DNA from: an uncultured Bacillota bacterium
GTDB lineage: Bacteria; Bacillota; Dehalobacteriia; UBA7702
DNA: 38,794 nucleotides
NCBI GenBank assembly: GCA_902766525.1
Contig: CACXDX010000179.1
Location: forward strand, 1-38,794
Reading direction: 5' to 3'
The notes below the pieces were generated by a model. The model saw only the letters and a program-made list of their open reading frames with translations. It had not been told where the DNA came from and ran no database searches. Each line of letters begins with the position of its first letter. Position 1 is the first letter of the stretch. Both the position numbers and the translations under genes were made by a program. This document shows, one piece after another, positions 16,072 through 26,018 of this stretch.

Positions 16072-17325
16072 CTATTTTTCGCTTCTGCTTATATCCGCCC
16101 CGAGACGGCACAGACACCGTTCTACGGCCGGATACCCGCGGTCGATATAAGACACGCCTTTCACCACGGTACATCCCTCCGCGGCAAGACCGGCAAGAAT
16201 CAGCGCGGCACCGCCTCGAAGATCGGTGGCTTCCACTTCCGCGCCGACGAGATCGGTCCTTCCCTTAACCACGGCAATCCTGCCGTCGACGGAGATTTTC
16301 GCTCCGAGCTTCTTTAATTCGGAGCAAAACTCCAAACGATGCTCAAAAATATCTTCTTTAATGACGGATACGCCCGCCGCTTTTGTCATCGCAGCCGTAA
16401 ACGGAGGCTGGAGATCCGTAGGAAAACCGGGATAAGGCATCGTCCGCAGATCCACGCCGCGATAACGGCCATTGCTTTTCAGCCGCAGTGAATGCTCGTC
16501 GATCGTTACCTCGGCTCCGGTTTCCGCCAATTTTGATGCCACATTGCTCAGTTGATCAAATCCGATATTATTTAAAATGATATCCCCGGCGCTGATCAAC
16601 GCCGAAAGCAATAACGTTCCCCCGACAATGCGGTCGGGCAGAACCGTATATTCCGAACCGCGTAATTCACGTACGCCGTCGATAAACAACGCATCTCCGC
16701 CGATGCCTCGAATGGAAGCGCCGCAGCGATTCAGGAAAAGACACAATTCCGCGATCTCCGGTTCTCTCGCGGCATTTCTTATTACCGTGCTCCCATCCGC
16801 GCGCACCGCGGCCATGAGAATGTTTTCCGTTGCACCGACACTGGGATAATCAAGACAAATCGTCGTTCCTTTTCGCTTATACCCCCGGCTGAAGATCAAA
16901 CCGCCCCGGTCCTCGATCGCCACGCCCAGCAATGACATCCCTTTAAAATGCAGATCCATCGGCCTCAATCCGATACGGCAGCCGCCGGGGTAGGGAAGCT
17001 CCGCACGGCCGAACCGATCCAGAAGCGGTCCCCAAATCAGATTCGAGGCTCTGATCATTTTCATTTTTTCTTCGGGAACGCTCCTGAAAGTCAAAGCGGA
17101 AGCATCGATTTCCATATCCTCATTTTCTCTTTTGATCTTCGCGCCGAAACAGCCAAGGATCCGGGACATGGATTCCACGTCACTGAGAGGAGGAACATTA
17201 TGCAGAACGGTTTTCCCTTTGATCATCAAAGAGGCGGCCATCATCGGCAGAACCGCGTTTTTCCCGCCGCACACGGATACCGTTCCCGCCAGGGGCCGGC
17301 CCCCTCTTATTGTCAGTACTTCCAT
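16072..17325 (-). CDS. murA: UDP-N-acetylglucosamine 1-carboxyvinyltransferase
   Basis: Full-length MurA similarity (LTIRGGRPLAGTVSVCGGKNAVLPMMAASL). The active-site Cys is present (PGGCRIGLRPMDLH). Confidence 0.95.
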   Translation of the reverse strand: MEVLTIRGGRPLAGTVSVCGGKNAVLPMMAASLMIKGKTVLHNVPPLSDVESMSRILGCFGAKIKRENEDMEIDASALTFRSVPEEKMKMIRASNLIWGPLLDRFGRAELPYPGGCRIGLRPMDLHFKGMSLLGVAIEDRGGLIFSRGYKRKGTTICLDYPSVGATENILMAAVRADGSTVIRNAAREPEIAELCLFLNRCGASIRGIGGDALFIDGVRELRGSEYTVLPDRIVGGTLLLSALISAGDIILNNIGFDQLSNVASKLAETGAEVTIDEHSLRLKSNGRYRGVDLRTMPYPGFPTDLQPPFTAAMTKAAGVSVIKEDIFEHRLEFCSELKKLGAKISVDGRIAVVKGRTDLVGAEVEATDLRGGAALILAGLAAEGCTVVKGVSYIDRGYPAVERCLCRLGADISRSEK

Positions 17326-17373
17326 TGTGAGCCTCCCGTTTGTTCATCTCTACATCATCATATTCCGAGACAC

Positions 17374-17414
17374 AAAAAAAGTGAAACCCCGATTCTCTGT
17401 CATTGGGGTTTCAC
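17374..17414 (-). terminator. Intrinsic terminator between murB and murA
   Basis: Stem GTGAAACCCC (17381-17390) / GGGGTTTCAC (17405-17414), followed on the minus strand by TTTTTTT. Confidence 0.7.
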
Positions 17415-17435
17415 CGTTATGAAATTGATTGTTTT

Positions 17436-18356
17436 TTAAAATCGGCCCACAAGCTTAACTTCCGGAACAAGATCATATCCCTGAGCCTGTTTTACTTCCC
17501 GCCGAACCTGATCGATAAGGGTCAAAACATCTTTCGCCGTACAGTCACCCTTATTCAAAATAAAGTTTCCGTGTTTTTCACTGACTTCGGCATTACCGAC
17601 ACGCATCCCCCTGAGGCCGGTCAACTCAACGAGATACCCGGCATGACTTCCTTCGGGATTTTTAAAGACACTGCCGGCGCTGGGGAAATCAAGCGGCTGC
17701 TTTTCTCTTCTCAATTTGATCGTTTCATCCACCGTTTTCATCAATTCATCCCGATCGCCTTTGGTGAGGCGCAGTTCAACGCCTGTAACGATGGCTTTTC
17801 GATCCATCAGCGCCGTATGGCGATAGCTCCATCCGAGTTCATCGCCGCTCAATCGCGCTGTTTCTCCGTTTTCGGTCACGATCTCCGCAGCGGATAAAAC
17901 CTCGTAAAAACAGTGGTCATAAGCGCCCGCGTTCATAATCGCCGCCCCACCCAAACTGGCCGGGATACCGACTGACCACTGCAATCCGGCAAGGCCGCGT
18001 TTGGCCGTTTCTCTTGCCATTTTGGTCAGCAATGCACCACTTCCCGCCGTAAGGAGCACAGTATCATCGGAAACTTCCGCAAAAGAAAACTGCGCCAAAG
18101 AGTCGCCGCAATGCAGCACGATCCCTTCGATGCCGTCGTCGCTGACAAGGAGATTACTGCCGTTGCCGAGAACGAAGAGCGGGACCTGATGCTCCCGGGC
18201 AAATCGAACGACGGCGACGATATCCTCACTGTTTTTCGGCTCGATAAGACAATCGGCGGGTCCTCCGATCTTCCATGTCGTATATTGTTTCATCGGCGCG
18301 TTCAGGATCATACCGCCGTCGATGATTTCTTGCAGAGGAGAGTAGTCAACGCTCAT
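17436..18356 (-). CDS. murB: UDP-N-acetylenolpyruvoylglucosamine reductase
   Basis: FAD-binding PCMH-type N-terminus (TWKIGGPADCLIEP...VLGNGSNLLV). The MurB C-terminal domain is present. Confidence 0.95.
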   Translation of the reverse strand: MSVDYSPLQEIIDGGMILNAPMKQYTTWKIGGPADCLIEPKNSEDIVAVVRFAREHQVPLFVLGNGSNLLVSDDGIEGIVLHCGDSLAQFSFAEVSDDTVLLTAGSGALLTKMARETAKRGLAGLQWSVGIPASLGGAAIMNAGAYDHCFYEVLSAAEIVTENGETARLSGDELGWSYRHTALMDRKAIVTGVELRLTKGDRDELMKTVDETIKLRREKQPLDFPSAGSVFKNPEGSHAGYLVELTGLRGMRVGNAEVSEKHGNFILNKGDCTAKDVLTLIDQVRREVKQAQGYDLVPEVKLVGRF

Positions 18357-19719
18357 TTTTTCCCTCCGTCAGGATACGGCAAAACTCTTCCGTAAGGCCG
18401 CGGATATCTCCCGCGCCCATCAGTAAAATGATGTCTCCGGGTTGTTTCTCTTTCAGCAAAAACGCGATGATATCCTTTTTATCCCGCAAATAAAACGGTT
18501 TCACACCGTTTTTCACCAATTCATCAACGATCATCTGTGAAGAGATCCCTTCGATCACATCTTCCCATGCGGAATAGATCTCATCGATCACAACAATATC
18601 TGCCTCGTAAAATGATTCGCCGAATTCTTTATATAGCTCCCGTACACGACTGTAACGGTGAGGCTGAAAAACCGCGATCACGCGTTGATAACCGCAATCC
18701 TTGGCAGCTTTGATGGTCGCCTGCACTTCGGTGGGATGATGAGCATAATCATCAACAACGACGAGATCGTCTTCATCGTAAAGCACTTCAAAACGGCGGC
18801 CCATGCCACCGAAGGAAGCAAGGGATGCTGCCGCGTCGGCAAAGGAAATCCCCTGCAGATAAGCGCAGTAGAGCGCAGCCAACGCATTGGAGATATTATG
18901 ATCGCCGGGAATTTCAAGCTTCAGATCGGCAACTTTTTTTCCTTTGAACCAAACTTCCGCTTCTCCGGAGCGTCCGCTGTGACGAATGTTTTTCGCCGTC
19001 AATTCCACATCTTCACCGGTCAGCCCGTAGGAATAAAAGGCTTTCGGATAATGCTCACTCAAATCCCGTGTTCTTCTGTCATCCAAACACAGAATAACAT
19101 CGTTGCTTTGGCTGCAGAAATCATAAAATGCCGTGGTCAAATTCGTTTCCGACCCGTAATGCTGCAAATGCTCCGGCTCGATATTCGTAATCACCGCGAG
19201 GTTCGGTTTCAAGTTCAAGAAGGAACCGTCGCTTTCATCGGCCTCAACAGCCCACAAATCACCTTCACCTTTCTTGGCATTGCTGGCAATCAAAGGCAGG
19301 ATCCCGCCGATGGCGATACTCGGATCCTTTCCGCATTTTTCGAAAATATGTGCCACCATTCCGGAGGTCGTAGTTTTACCGTGCGCTCCGGCGACGGCGA
19401 TCCCTTTCCCCGCATTGAATAAACGGGCAAGAAGATCTCCTCTGTGAGTCAGCTTAATCCCCAATTCCTTCGCTCTGACAATTTCCGGATTATCCTCCCG
19501 AATAGCGCTGGAAAAGATGATTTCATCACAGTCTTCGGGGACATTCGTTCCATGATGGCCGATATGAATAACGGCACCGAGAGAAGTCAGCCGATCCGTT
19601 ACCGCGGATTTTTTTTCGTCCGATCCGCTGACAGCGTAACCTTGTTCCAATAATATCTTTGCCAGGGCGCTCATGCCTATGCCGCCGATGGCAATAAAAT
19701 GCACTTTTTTCTTTTCCAT
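18346..19719 (-). CDS. murC: UDP-N-acetylmuramate--L-alanine ligase
   Basis: N-terminus HFIAIGGIGMSALAKILLEQGYAVSGSD. Mur ligase P-loop GAHGKTTT. Overlaps the murB start by 11 nt. Confidence 0.95.
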   Translation of the reverse strand: MEKKKVHFIAIGGIGMSALAKILLEQGYAVSGSDEKKSAVTDRLTSLGAVIHIGHHGTNVPEDCDEIIFSSAIREDNPEIVRAKELGIKLTHRGDLLARLFNAGKGIAVAGAHGKTTTSGMVAHIFEKCGKDPSIAIGGILPLIASNAKKGEGDLWAVEADESDGSFLNLKPNLAVITNIEPEHLQHYGSETNLTTAFYDFCSQSNDVILCLDDRRTRDLSEHYPKAFYSYGLTGEDVELTAKNIRHSGRSGEAEVWFKGKKVADLKLEIPGDHNISNALAALYCAYLQGISFADAAASLASFGGMGRRFEVLYDEDDLVVVDDYAHHPTEVQATIKAAKDCGYQRVIAVFQPHRYSRVRELYKEFGESFYEADIVVIDEIYSAWEDVIEGISSQMIVDELVKNGVKPFYLRDKKDIIAFLLKEKQPGDIILLMGAGDIRGLTEEFCRILTEGKNER

Positions 19720-19776
19720 AAGAGTTCCTCCCCTGATCGAACAATAATATACAGCATAAACGATAAAAAAGCAACT

Positions 19777-20862
19777 TCACTTCTCTTTTATCGGATTTAT
19801 CAATTCAAGACCCGCCGCCACAATCGTATCCAAAGCGTCCGCCCGGGCTTCTTTTAATATATTGGCAGAGAGCTGCCTGCGATAGGACTTATCCTCGATC
19901 AGCCGATCGAGAGCGGGAGCGAGTTTTTCCGCCATCTCTTCATCAAGAACCATTTTGGCCGCCCCATGCCGGTCATAATAGGCGGCATTCTTTTCCTGGT
20001 GACCGTGAGAAAAGGGATAGGGCACAAGGATCGAAGCAATGCCGCGCAATGAAATCTCCGCGAGAGAAGACGCGCCGGCTCGTCCCACAAGGATATCGGC
20101 ACGAGCCAAAACGAGATCCATTTGATCCTCATATTCGATAACCCGTACATTGGGATAATCCAGTTGAGGGATATCCCCGCGGTTGAGTCGGCCGGCGATG
20201 TGATAAAACAGCACGTTTTCCCGGACGGAATGAGTTTCGTAATAGCTCTTCATCGCCATATTGATATGATGTGCTCCCTGAGAGCCGCCGGTAATCACAA
20301 CAAGTGTAACGTCATCATCGATGCCGACATAACGGGCGCCGTCTGTTCTCAAAGCGGCAGCGACACTCCTGCGCACCGGCATACCGGTCAAAAGAACATT
20401 TTCCTTTTTCCCCAGCTGCGAAACGGTATCTTGATAAGTAAGACACACCGTATCCGCTTTTTTGGCAAGGGCGAGATTGGCTTTGCCCATTTCCGCGTTG
20501 GCTTCATGCAGCAGCGTCGGAATATGCAGTGACTGTCCTGCGCGGAGCACCGGGAAAGAAGCATATCCGCCGGTACCGACAATGAGATCGGGATCAAAAT
20601 CAACAACGATTTTTTTTGCCATGCGTTCCGATTTCAAAACCATCCACGCAGATTTCGGAAGCGAGCTGATCTTTCCGCCGCGAAGACCGCGGATCGGCAG
20701 CAGACGACAATCAAATTCATCATTGCCCATAACTTTTTTCTCGATCCCGAACTCCGAACCGATATAGAGGATCTCGGCGCCGAGCTCACGAAAGGCCCGA
20801 CCGATCGCAAGCGCGGGATAAAGATGTCCGCCGGTACCGCCGCCGCTGATAATAACTTTCAT
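19777..20862 (-). CDS. murG: Undecaprenyldiphospho-muramoylpentapeptide beta-N-acetylglucosaminyltransferase
   Basis: N-terminus MKVIISGGGTGGHLYPALAI. GT28 family architecture. Confidence 0.95.
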   Translation of the reverse strand: MKVIISGGGTGGHLYPALAIGRAFRELGAEILYIGSEFGIEKKVMGNDEFDCRLLPIRGLRGGKISSLPKSAWMVLKSERMAKKIVVDFDPDLIVGTGGYASFPVLRAGQSLHIPTLLHEANAEMGKANLALAKKADTVCLTYQDTVSQLGKKENVLLTGMPVRRSVAAALRTDGARYVGIDDDVTLVVITGGSQGAHHINMAMKSYYETHSVRENVLFYHIAGRLNRGDIPQLDYPNVRVIEYEDQMDLVLARADILVGRAGASSLAEISLRGIASILVPYPFSHGHQEKNAAYYDRHGAAKMVLDEEMAEKLAPALDRLIEDKSYRRQLSANILKEARADALDTIVAAGLELINPIKEK

Positions 20863-21971
20863 TTCAGGTCTCCTTTGGGTATGGTTGTTGAAATCGATAA
20901 CAAAATGCCTATGTCGGCAAGGCTGAAAAGCAAAGAACTGCCGCCGTAGCTGATGAAGGGCAAAGCGATACCGGTCACCGGCATCATGCCGCTTGCCACA
21001 AAGAAATTGATCAAAGTCTGCGTCCCGAGCAAAGCCGTAAGGCCGAAAGCCAGTAAACTAAGGAAAAGATCATCACAAAAAAGAGCGATGCGGAGCCCCC
21101 GCCAAATGATGACGGCAAAAAGCAGCACGGTAAAAACCGTCCCGATCAAACCCAGCTCCTCCCCGATCAAAGCAAAGATAAAATCGGTATGAACCTCGGG
21201 AAGATAGTACCATTTGGCTCCGCCGTTGCCGAGGCCGACGCCAGTGATGCCGCCGCTGCCGATAGCGATCAGCGACTGCACCGTTTGGAAGCCGTAACCT
21301 TGAGGATCGGCCCAGGGATCGAGAAACGCGGTAAAACGCGCCATGCGAAAGGGTTCCAAAACAATGGCCGTGACAACCAGCGCGCAGCCCGAAAACACCA
21401 TAAACAACAAATAACGAAACTTGACGCCGGCGGCACACATGAGCAAAAAAGCGGTGGCGAGAATCGTCGCCGTCGTGCCCAAATCCGGCTGGAGCATAAT
21501 CAGCGCAACAATGACGCCGCAAATGCCGAGAGGCAACAAAAAGCCTTTCAGCAGCGTTTCATTATTTTTTAAATTCTTGCCGTACCATGACGCGAAGAAT
21601 AAAACCAGACTGAGCTTCGCCGCTTCCGACGGCTGAAAATGGAAAGGACCCAAAGCGATGGAACGTTCCGCGCCGAGTGCCGATGCTCCGAAGGCGATCT
21701 TCACCGCAACAAGACAAAGAACGGCAAAAATCAATGATGGCAATGCCCATTTTTCCAGTTTTTTTGGATCGATTTTCAATAATATAAAAAGTATCGTCAG
21801 GCCGATCGCGGCCCACAAGCACTGTCTTTTCAGATAATAAAGACCATCGTCAATCGCGCTGTCGGCAGCCATATACTGGCTTGCACTGTATACCATGACA
21901 ACGCCTAAAGTCAGTAATGCCGCAACCGCCAAAAAGAGAGGCAGATCCGGAGACGTCCTTTGCTCCCGCAT
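20859..21971 (-). CDS. ftsW: SEDS-family peptidoglycan glycosyltransferase FtsW/SpoVE
   Basis: ORF 20859..22226. I set the start at the ATG at 21971 (AGGAGG 7 nt upstream). Polytopic protein with SEDS motifs (LPEVHTDFIFA, GLTALLGTQTLINF, ALPFISYGGSS). ATGA overlap with murG. Confidence 0.9.
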   Translation of the reverse strand: MREQRTSPDLPLFLAVAALLTLGVVMVYSASQYMAADSAIDDGLYYLKRQCLWAAIGLTILFILLKIDPKKLEKWALPSLIFAVLCLVAVKIAFGASALGAERSIALGPFHFQPSEAAKLSLVLFFASWYGKNLKNNETLLKGFLLPLGICGVIVALIMLQPDLGTTATILATAFLLMCAAGVKFRYLLFMVFSGCALVVTAIVLEPFRMARFTAFLDPWADPQGYGFQTVQSLIAIGSGGITGVGLGNGGAKWYYLPEVHTDFIFALIGEELGLIGTVFTVLLFAVIIWRGLRIALFCDDLFLSLLAFGLTALLGTQTLINFFVASGMMPVTGIALPFISYGGSSLLFSLADIGILLSISTTIPKGDLK

Positions 21972-22047
21972 CGGTTTTCCTCCTTGATGATAAAATACGC
22001 TGTCGAAACCGAAAATTTTTTCGTCTGAAAAGACGAGAGCTGCAATA

Positions 22048-23451
22048 CTATTTTTCCAACCGATGAACAAGATCTTTAAACACTTCGCCGCGATGTTCGA
22101 AACTGTTAAACTGATCAAAACTGGCATTGGCCGGAGAAAGCAAAACCACATCACCTTTTTCGGCCAGATCGTGAGCGGCCCGGACGGCTGCGGCAAGATC
22201 CGGCAGCACAAAGAGAGCTTTCTCACTGAAGCCCGCTTTCAGACAGCTTTCTTTGATATCCTCTGCGGCTTCCCCGATCAAAAAAGCGTTTTTACACTTC
22301 TTTTTCATCAGCTCACCCAATTCCGTAAAGGAATTGCCTTTATTACGGCCGCCGGCAATCAGCAAAATGGGTGCGTCTCCGAAAGAAACCAGTGCTTTGA
22401 AAACAGAATCGGGATTGGTTGCTTTGGAATCATTGACATAGCGAACGCCGTCAATGACGGCCACATCTTCCAAACGATGCTCAACACCGGGGAAGACTCT
22501 CAGAGTATCGGCGATCACATCCTTGTCGATACCGAGCAGACGACAGGCCGCCACCGCGGCCATGGCATTTTCCAAATTGTGAGGACCCGCGATGCGAATA
22601 CTGTCAAGGCGAACGATATGTTCATGAGAATCCATCTGATTGCGATGATCGGAGGGATCACGAAAAGTCAGCCACTGACCGTCCTTTGAAATAAAACATC
22701 CTTCATAAGTGAAGTCATGCCGATTAAAATAAAAACATTTCGCTTTCGTGCGTTTGGCAATCGAACGAATGGCCGGATCCTCTTCATTTAAAACACAAAA
22801 ATGGTCTTTACTTTGAAGCGCCGCGAGATTGCCTTTGATCCGCAGATAGTTTTCCATTGAACCGTGACGATCAAGATGATCGGGCGTCAGATTGAGAAAA
22901 ACCGAAACGGCGGCATCCATGGTTTCCACGGTTTCCAGCTGGAAAGAAGACATTTCCACAACATAGTAATCATAGGGATGATCAAGACTTTTCAGCAGCG
23001 GAACGCCGATATTGCCGCCGACAAAAACATCGTATCCGGCATTTTTCAGGATTTCCCCGATCAGTGTCGTCGTCGTTGTTTTCCCGTTGGTACCGGTAAT
23101 GCCGATGATCGGTTTTTTAATAAAGCGGGAGGCTATTTCCAGCTCTCCCCAAATCGGAACCGACGCGTTTTTCAACGCAACGGCACAGCGATCGGTCAAA
23201 GGGATGCCGGGACTGATCACCGCATAGTCAAAATCCGAAGCTTCGGGAACGGAAGCGGCAAAAATCCGTACACCCTTTTCCCTCAATTCCGCGTAAACCG
23301 GTTTTTCCGTTTCACTGCCGTCATAGAGAACAACGGAACAGTTTTGTTTCAGTAAAAAATCAACGGCGGCAAGGCCGCTGCGACCCGCGCCCAAAACAAT
23401 GACACGGCTGTTTTTAATTGAGCGAGCTTTCATCATACCCTCATTCTTCAT
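22048..23451 (-). CDS. murD: UDP-N-acetylmuramoylalanine--D-glutamate ligase
   Basis: VLGAGRSGLAAVDFL Rossmann motif and GTNGKTTTT P-loop. The start is uncertain: the ATG at 23451 has no obvious SD, whereas the ATG at 23433 follows GAGGG. Confidence 0.9.
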   Translation of the reverse strand: MKNEGMMKARSIKNSRVIVLGAGRSGLAAVDFLLKQNCSVVLYDGSETEKPVYAELREKGVRIFAASVPEASDFDYAVISPGIPLTDRCAVALKNASVPIWGELEIASRFIKKPIIGITGTNGKTTTTTLIGEILKNAGYDVFVGGNIGVPLLKSLDHPYDYYVVEMSSFQLETVETMDAAVSVFLNLTPDHLDRHGSMENYLRIKGNLAALQSKDHFCVLNEEDPAIRSIAKRTKAKCFYFNRHDFTYEGCFISKDGQWLTFRDPSDHRNQMDSHEHIVRLDSIRIAGPHNLENAMAAVAACRLLGIDKDVIADTLRVFPGVEHRLEDVAVIDGVRYVNDSKATNPDSVFKALVSFGDAPILLIAGGRNKGNSFTELGELMKKKCKNAFLIGEAAEDIKESCLKAGFSEKALFVLPDLAAAVRAAHDLAEKGDVVLLSPANASFDQFNSFEHRGEVFKDLVHRLEK

Positions 23452-23471
23452 AATATGAAATTAACCGATAT

Positions 23472-24461
23472 TTACGCCATGGTGGTGAAAAAAAGGATCA
23501 AACCGATACCGACACAAAGGGCGGAAGCAAGCCAAAACATGATGACGATTTTCGTTTCACTCCAGCCCATTTGCTCAAAATGATGATGGATCGGCGTCAT
23601 TAAAAAGACACGTTTTCCCGTAAGTTTAAAACAGGAGACCTGGATCATAACGGACAACGCTTCCACCACATAGACACCGCCCATAATGATCAGCAGCAGT
23701 TCCGTACCGGTCAGAATCGCCAAAACGGCAATGGCTCCGCCGAGAAGCAGCGAACCCGTATCACCCATAAAGACCTTGGCCGGATAATGATTATAAAAGA
23801 GAAAAGAAAGGCAGATCCCGGCCATGATCCCGGCAAAAGCGGTCAAAGCACCGTAATTGATCGCCGGAAAAGGCGGATGCTCAATGCACCAGTAACAAAT
23901 CATGCCGTAACCCAAAAAGACAAAGAAACTGACGCCCGCGGCGAGACCGTCAAGACCGTCATTAAGATTAACACCGTTGGTAACGCCGGCAATGAGCAGA
24001 AACGCAAGAATGTAATAAAGGACGCCGATTTCTTTAAACCCCGCGCCGAAAACATGGAGGGAAGTACCCCTGTCCAATACAAAGACGGCAAGGAAAATCA
24101 ACAGCGCCGCAATGACGATTTCACCGAGCATTTTTTGATATGCTCTCAAACCGAGACTGCGTTTTTTGACCGTCTTGATAAAATCATCGCAAAAACCGAG
24201 GCAGCCGTATAGAATGGTGATCCCGCAGGCGACGAGGGTAACCACATCGTAAACACCGTAAACCAGGGTAGCGACGACCAAAACGGCAATAAAGGCGAGA
24301 CCGCCCATCGTGGGCGTACCGCTCTTTTTCAAATGGCGTTGGGGCCCTTCCCCGCGAATATTCTGTCCGAATTTCAAGCGAACAAGCAAGGGGATCAAAA
24401 GCTTAACGGCAATCAATCCCAAAATAAAAGCGGCAATTAAAGCAAAAAGCAAATGGTTCAT
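23472..24461 (-). CDS. mraY: Phospho-N-acetylmuramoyl-pentapeptide transferase
   Basis: Polytopic protein with MraY motifs (KKSGTPTMGG, NLNDGLDGLA, GDTGSLLLGG, TPIHHHFE). Confidence 0.95.
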   Translation of the reverse strand: MNHLLFALIAAFILGLIAVKLLIPLLVRLKFGQNIRGEGPQRHLKKSGTPTMGGLAFIAVLVVATLVYGVYDVVTLVACGITILYGCLGFCDDFIKTVKKRSLGLRAYQKMLGEIVIAALLIFLAVFVLDRGTSLHVFGAGFKEIGVLYYILAFLLIAGVTNGVNLNDGLDGLAAGVSFFVFLGYGMICYWCIEHPPFPAINYGALTAFAGIMAGICLSFLFYNHYPAKVFMGDTGSLLLGGAIAVLAILTGTELLLIIMGGVYVVEALSVMIQVSCFKLTGKRVFLMTPIHHHFEQMGWSETKIVIMFWLASALCVGIGLILFFTTMA

Positions 24462-24539
24462 TGTTTTTCCTCAAATAATCTTTTTCTGTTGTCCCGAAGA
24501 ACTCTCTTTTTCTTCCGCTCAAATTCATACAAAGTATTA

Positions 24540-25982
24540 TCAGCAGAGGCTCAGAGCTTTTTTAACTTCTTCCACATCATCAAAGTGGCGCTTTTCCGTA
24601 CCGATAATCTGGTAATCTTCATGACCTTTCCCGGCAACGACGACGATATCATCATCGTCAGCCATTAAAATGGCATTTCTGATGGCGTCACTGCGGTCAC
24701 AGCATACTTCGTATTCGCATTCCGTTTCTTTTATGCCTTCCTCCACCATGCGGATAATGGCCATCGGCTCTTCCGTGCGGGGATTGTCCGAGGTGATGAA
24801 AGCATAATCGGCATAAGATCCGCCGATTTTACCCATGATCGGGCGTTTCCCCCGATCCCGGTCACCGCCGCAGCCGAAAACGAGGATGAGACGCTTCGTT
24901 CGCAGCTGAACCGCTGTACGAAGAATATTTTCCAAACCGTCGGGCGTATGCGCGTAGTCAACGACCACAGTCGGACCGAAACGTTCTTTGATCCGCTGAA
25001 ACCGGCCGGCAACCTGTTCCGCGCTGACCAGAGAAGTAAGGATCGTTTCCATGGGAACACCTTCTCCCTGACAGACGGCAATAGCACACAAAGCATTATA
25101 GACGTTAAATTCACCGATCAGATTCATTCGCACCGGATAAAACGCGCCGTCAAAAAACAAGTCAAAACGGGTTCCTTCCGATCCGATGCTGACCTTTTCC
25201 GCTTTAAAATCGGCATTTTCTCCGTAACCGTAGGTAACGACAGGCGCTTCGCATACGCGGATAAAGTGATCGCGCACGGAGCTGTCCTCATTGACGACGC
25301 CGCGGCCTTCCGGTGACAACAATTGAAACAGGATCTCTTTTGCCTCACGGTAATCTTCAAAGGATTTATGATAATCAAGATGATCCTGGGTCAAATTGGT
25401 AAAGGCGGCACTTTGAAAGGAAACAGCGGCGCAGCGCCCTTGCTTCAGCGCGTGCGAACTGACCTCCATAACCAGATATTCACAGCCTGCGTCCGCCATG
25501 CGGCGCAGATAAGCGGAAAACTCCAAAGAATCGGGGGTCGTATGAGTGGCCGGAAATACCTCATCTCCGATGATGATATGATTGGTTCCCATCAGAGCCG
25601 TCTTTTTTCCGGCGTCATTTAAGATATGGCGGATCAAATGCGTCGTTGTCGTTTTGCCGTTGGTTCCGGTAATACCCAATAATTTCAGTTCTTTATGAGG
25701 GAATCCGTAAAAAGCCTCCGCCAGATATGCCATGGCCAGACGGCTGTTTTCAACAATAAGCTGAGGCGCATCGACATCCAATTCTTCCTCGCAGACAAAA
25801 GCGACAGCACCCTTTTCTTTCGCCATCACCGCAAAACGATGTCCGTCAGCCTTTTCCCCTCTCAGACAGAAGAAGACGGAGCCTTCTCCGACGAGGCGGG
25901 AATCATACTGCAGATCTTTGATTGTCGTATCCTTTGCCGTCGGCCGGTAACCCGCGGCGGAAAGTAGTTCATTCCAGTTCAT
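24540..25982 (-). CDS. murE: UDP-N-acetylmuramoyl-L-alanyl-D-glutamate--2,6-diaminopimelate ligase
   Basis: GTNGKTTTT P-loop. The DNPR motif (ITSDNPRTEEP) is typical of meso-DAP-adding MurE. Confidence 0.92.
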   Translation of the reverse strand: MNWNELLSAAGYRPTAKDTTIKDLQYDSRLVGEGSVFFCLRGEKADGHRFAVMAKEKGAVAFVCEEELDVDAPQLIVENSRLAMAYLAEAFYGFPHKELKLLGITGTNGKTTTTHLIRHILNDAGKKTALMGTNHIIIGDEVFPATHTTPDSLEFSAYLRRMADAGCEYLVMEVSSHALKQGRCAAVSFQSAAFTNLTQDHLDYHKSFEDYREAKEILFQLLSPEGRGVVNEDSSVRDHFIRVCEAPVVTYGYGENADFKAEKVSIGSEGTRFDLFFDGAFYPVRMNLIGEFNVYNALCAIAVCQGEGVPMETILTSLVSAEQVAGRFQRIKERFGPTVVVDYAHTPDGLENILRTAVQLRTKRLILVFGCGGDRDRGKRPIMGKIGGSYADYAFITSDNPRTEEPMAIIRMVEEGIKETECEYEVCCDRSDAIRNAILMADDDDIVVVAGKGHEDYQIIGTEKRHFDDVEEVKKALSLC

Positions 25983-26018
25983 GATCAGGGATTTCCTTTC
26001 CCGTTTTTGTGAGTATTT

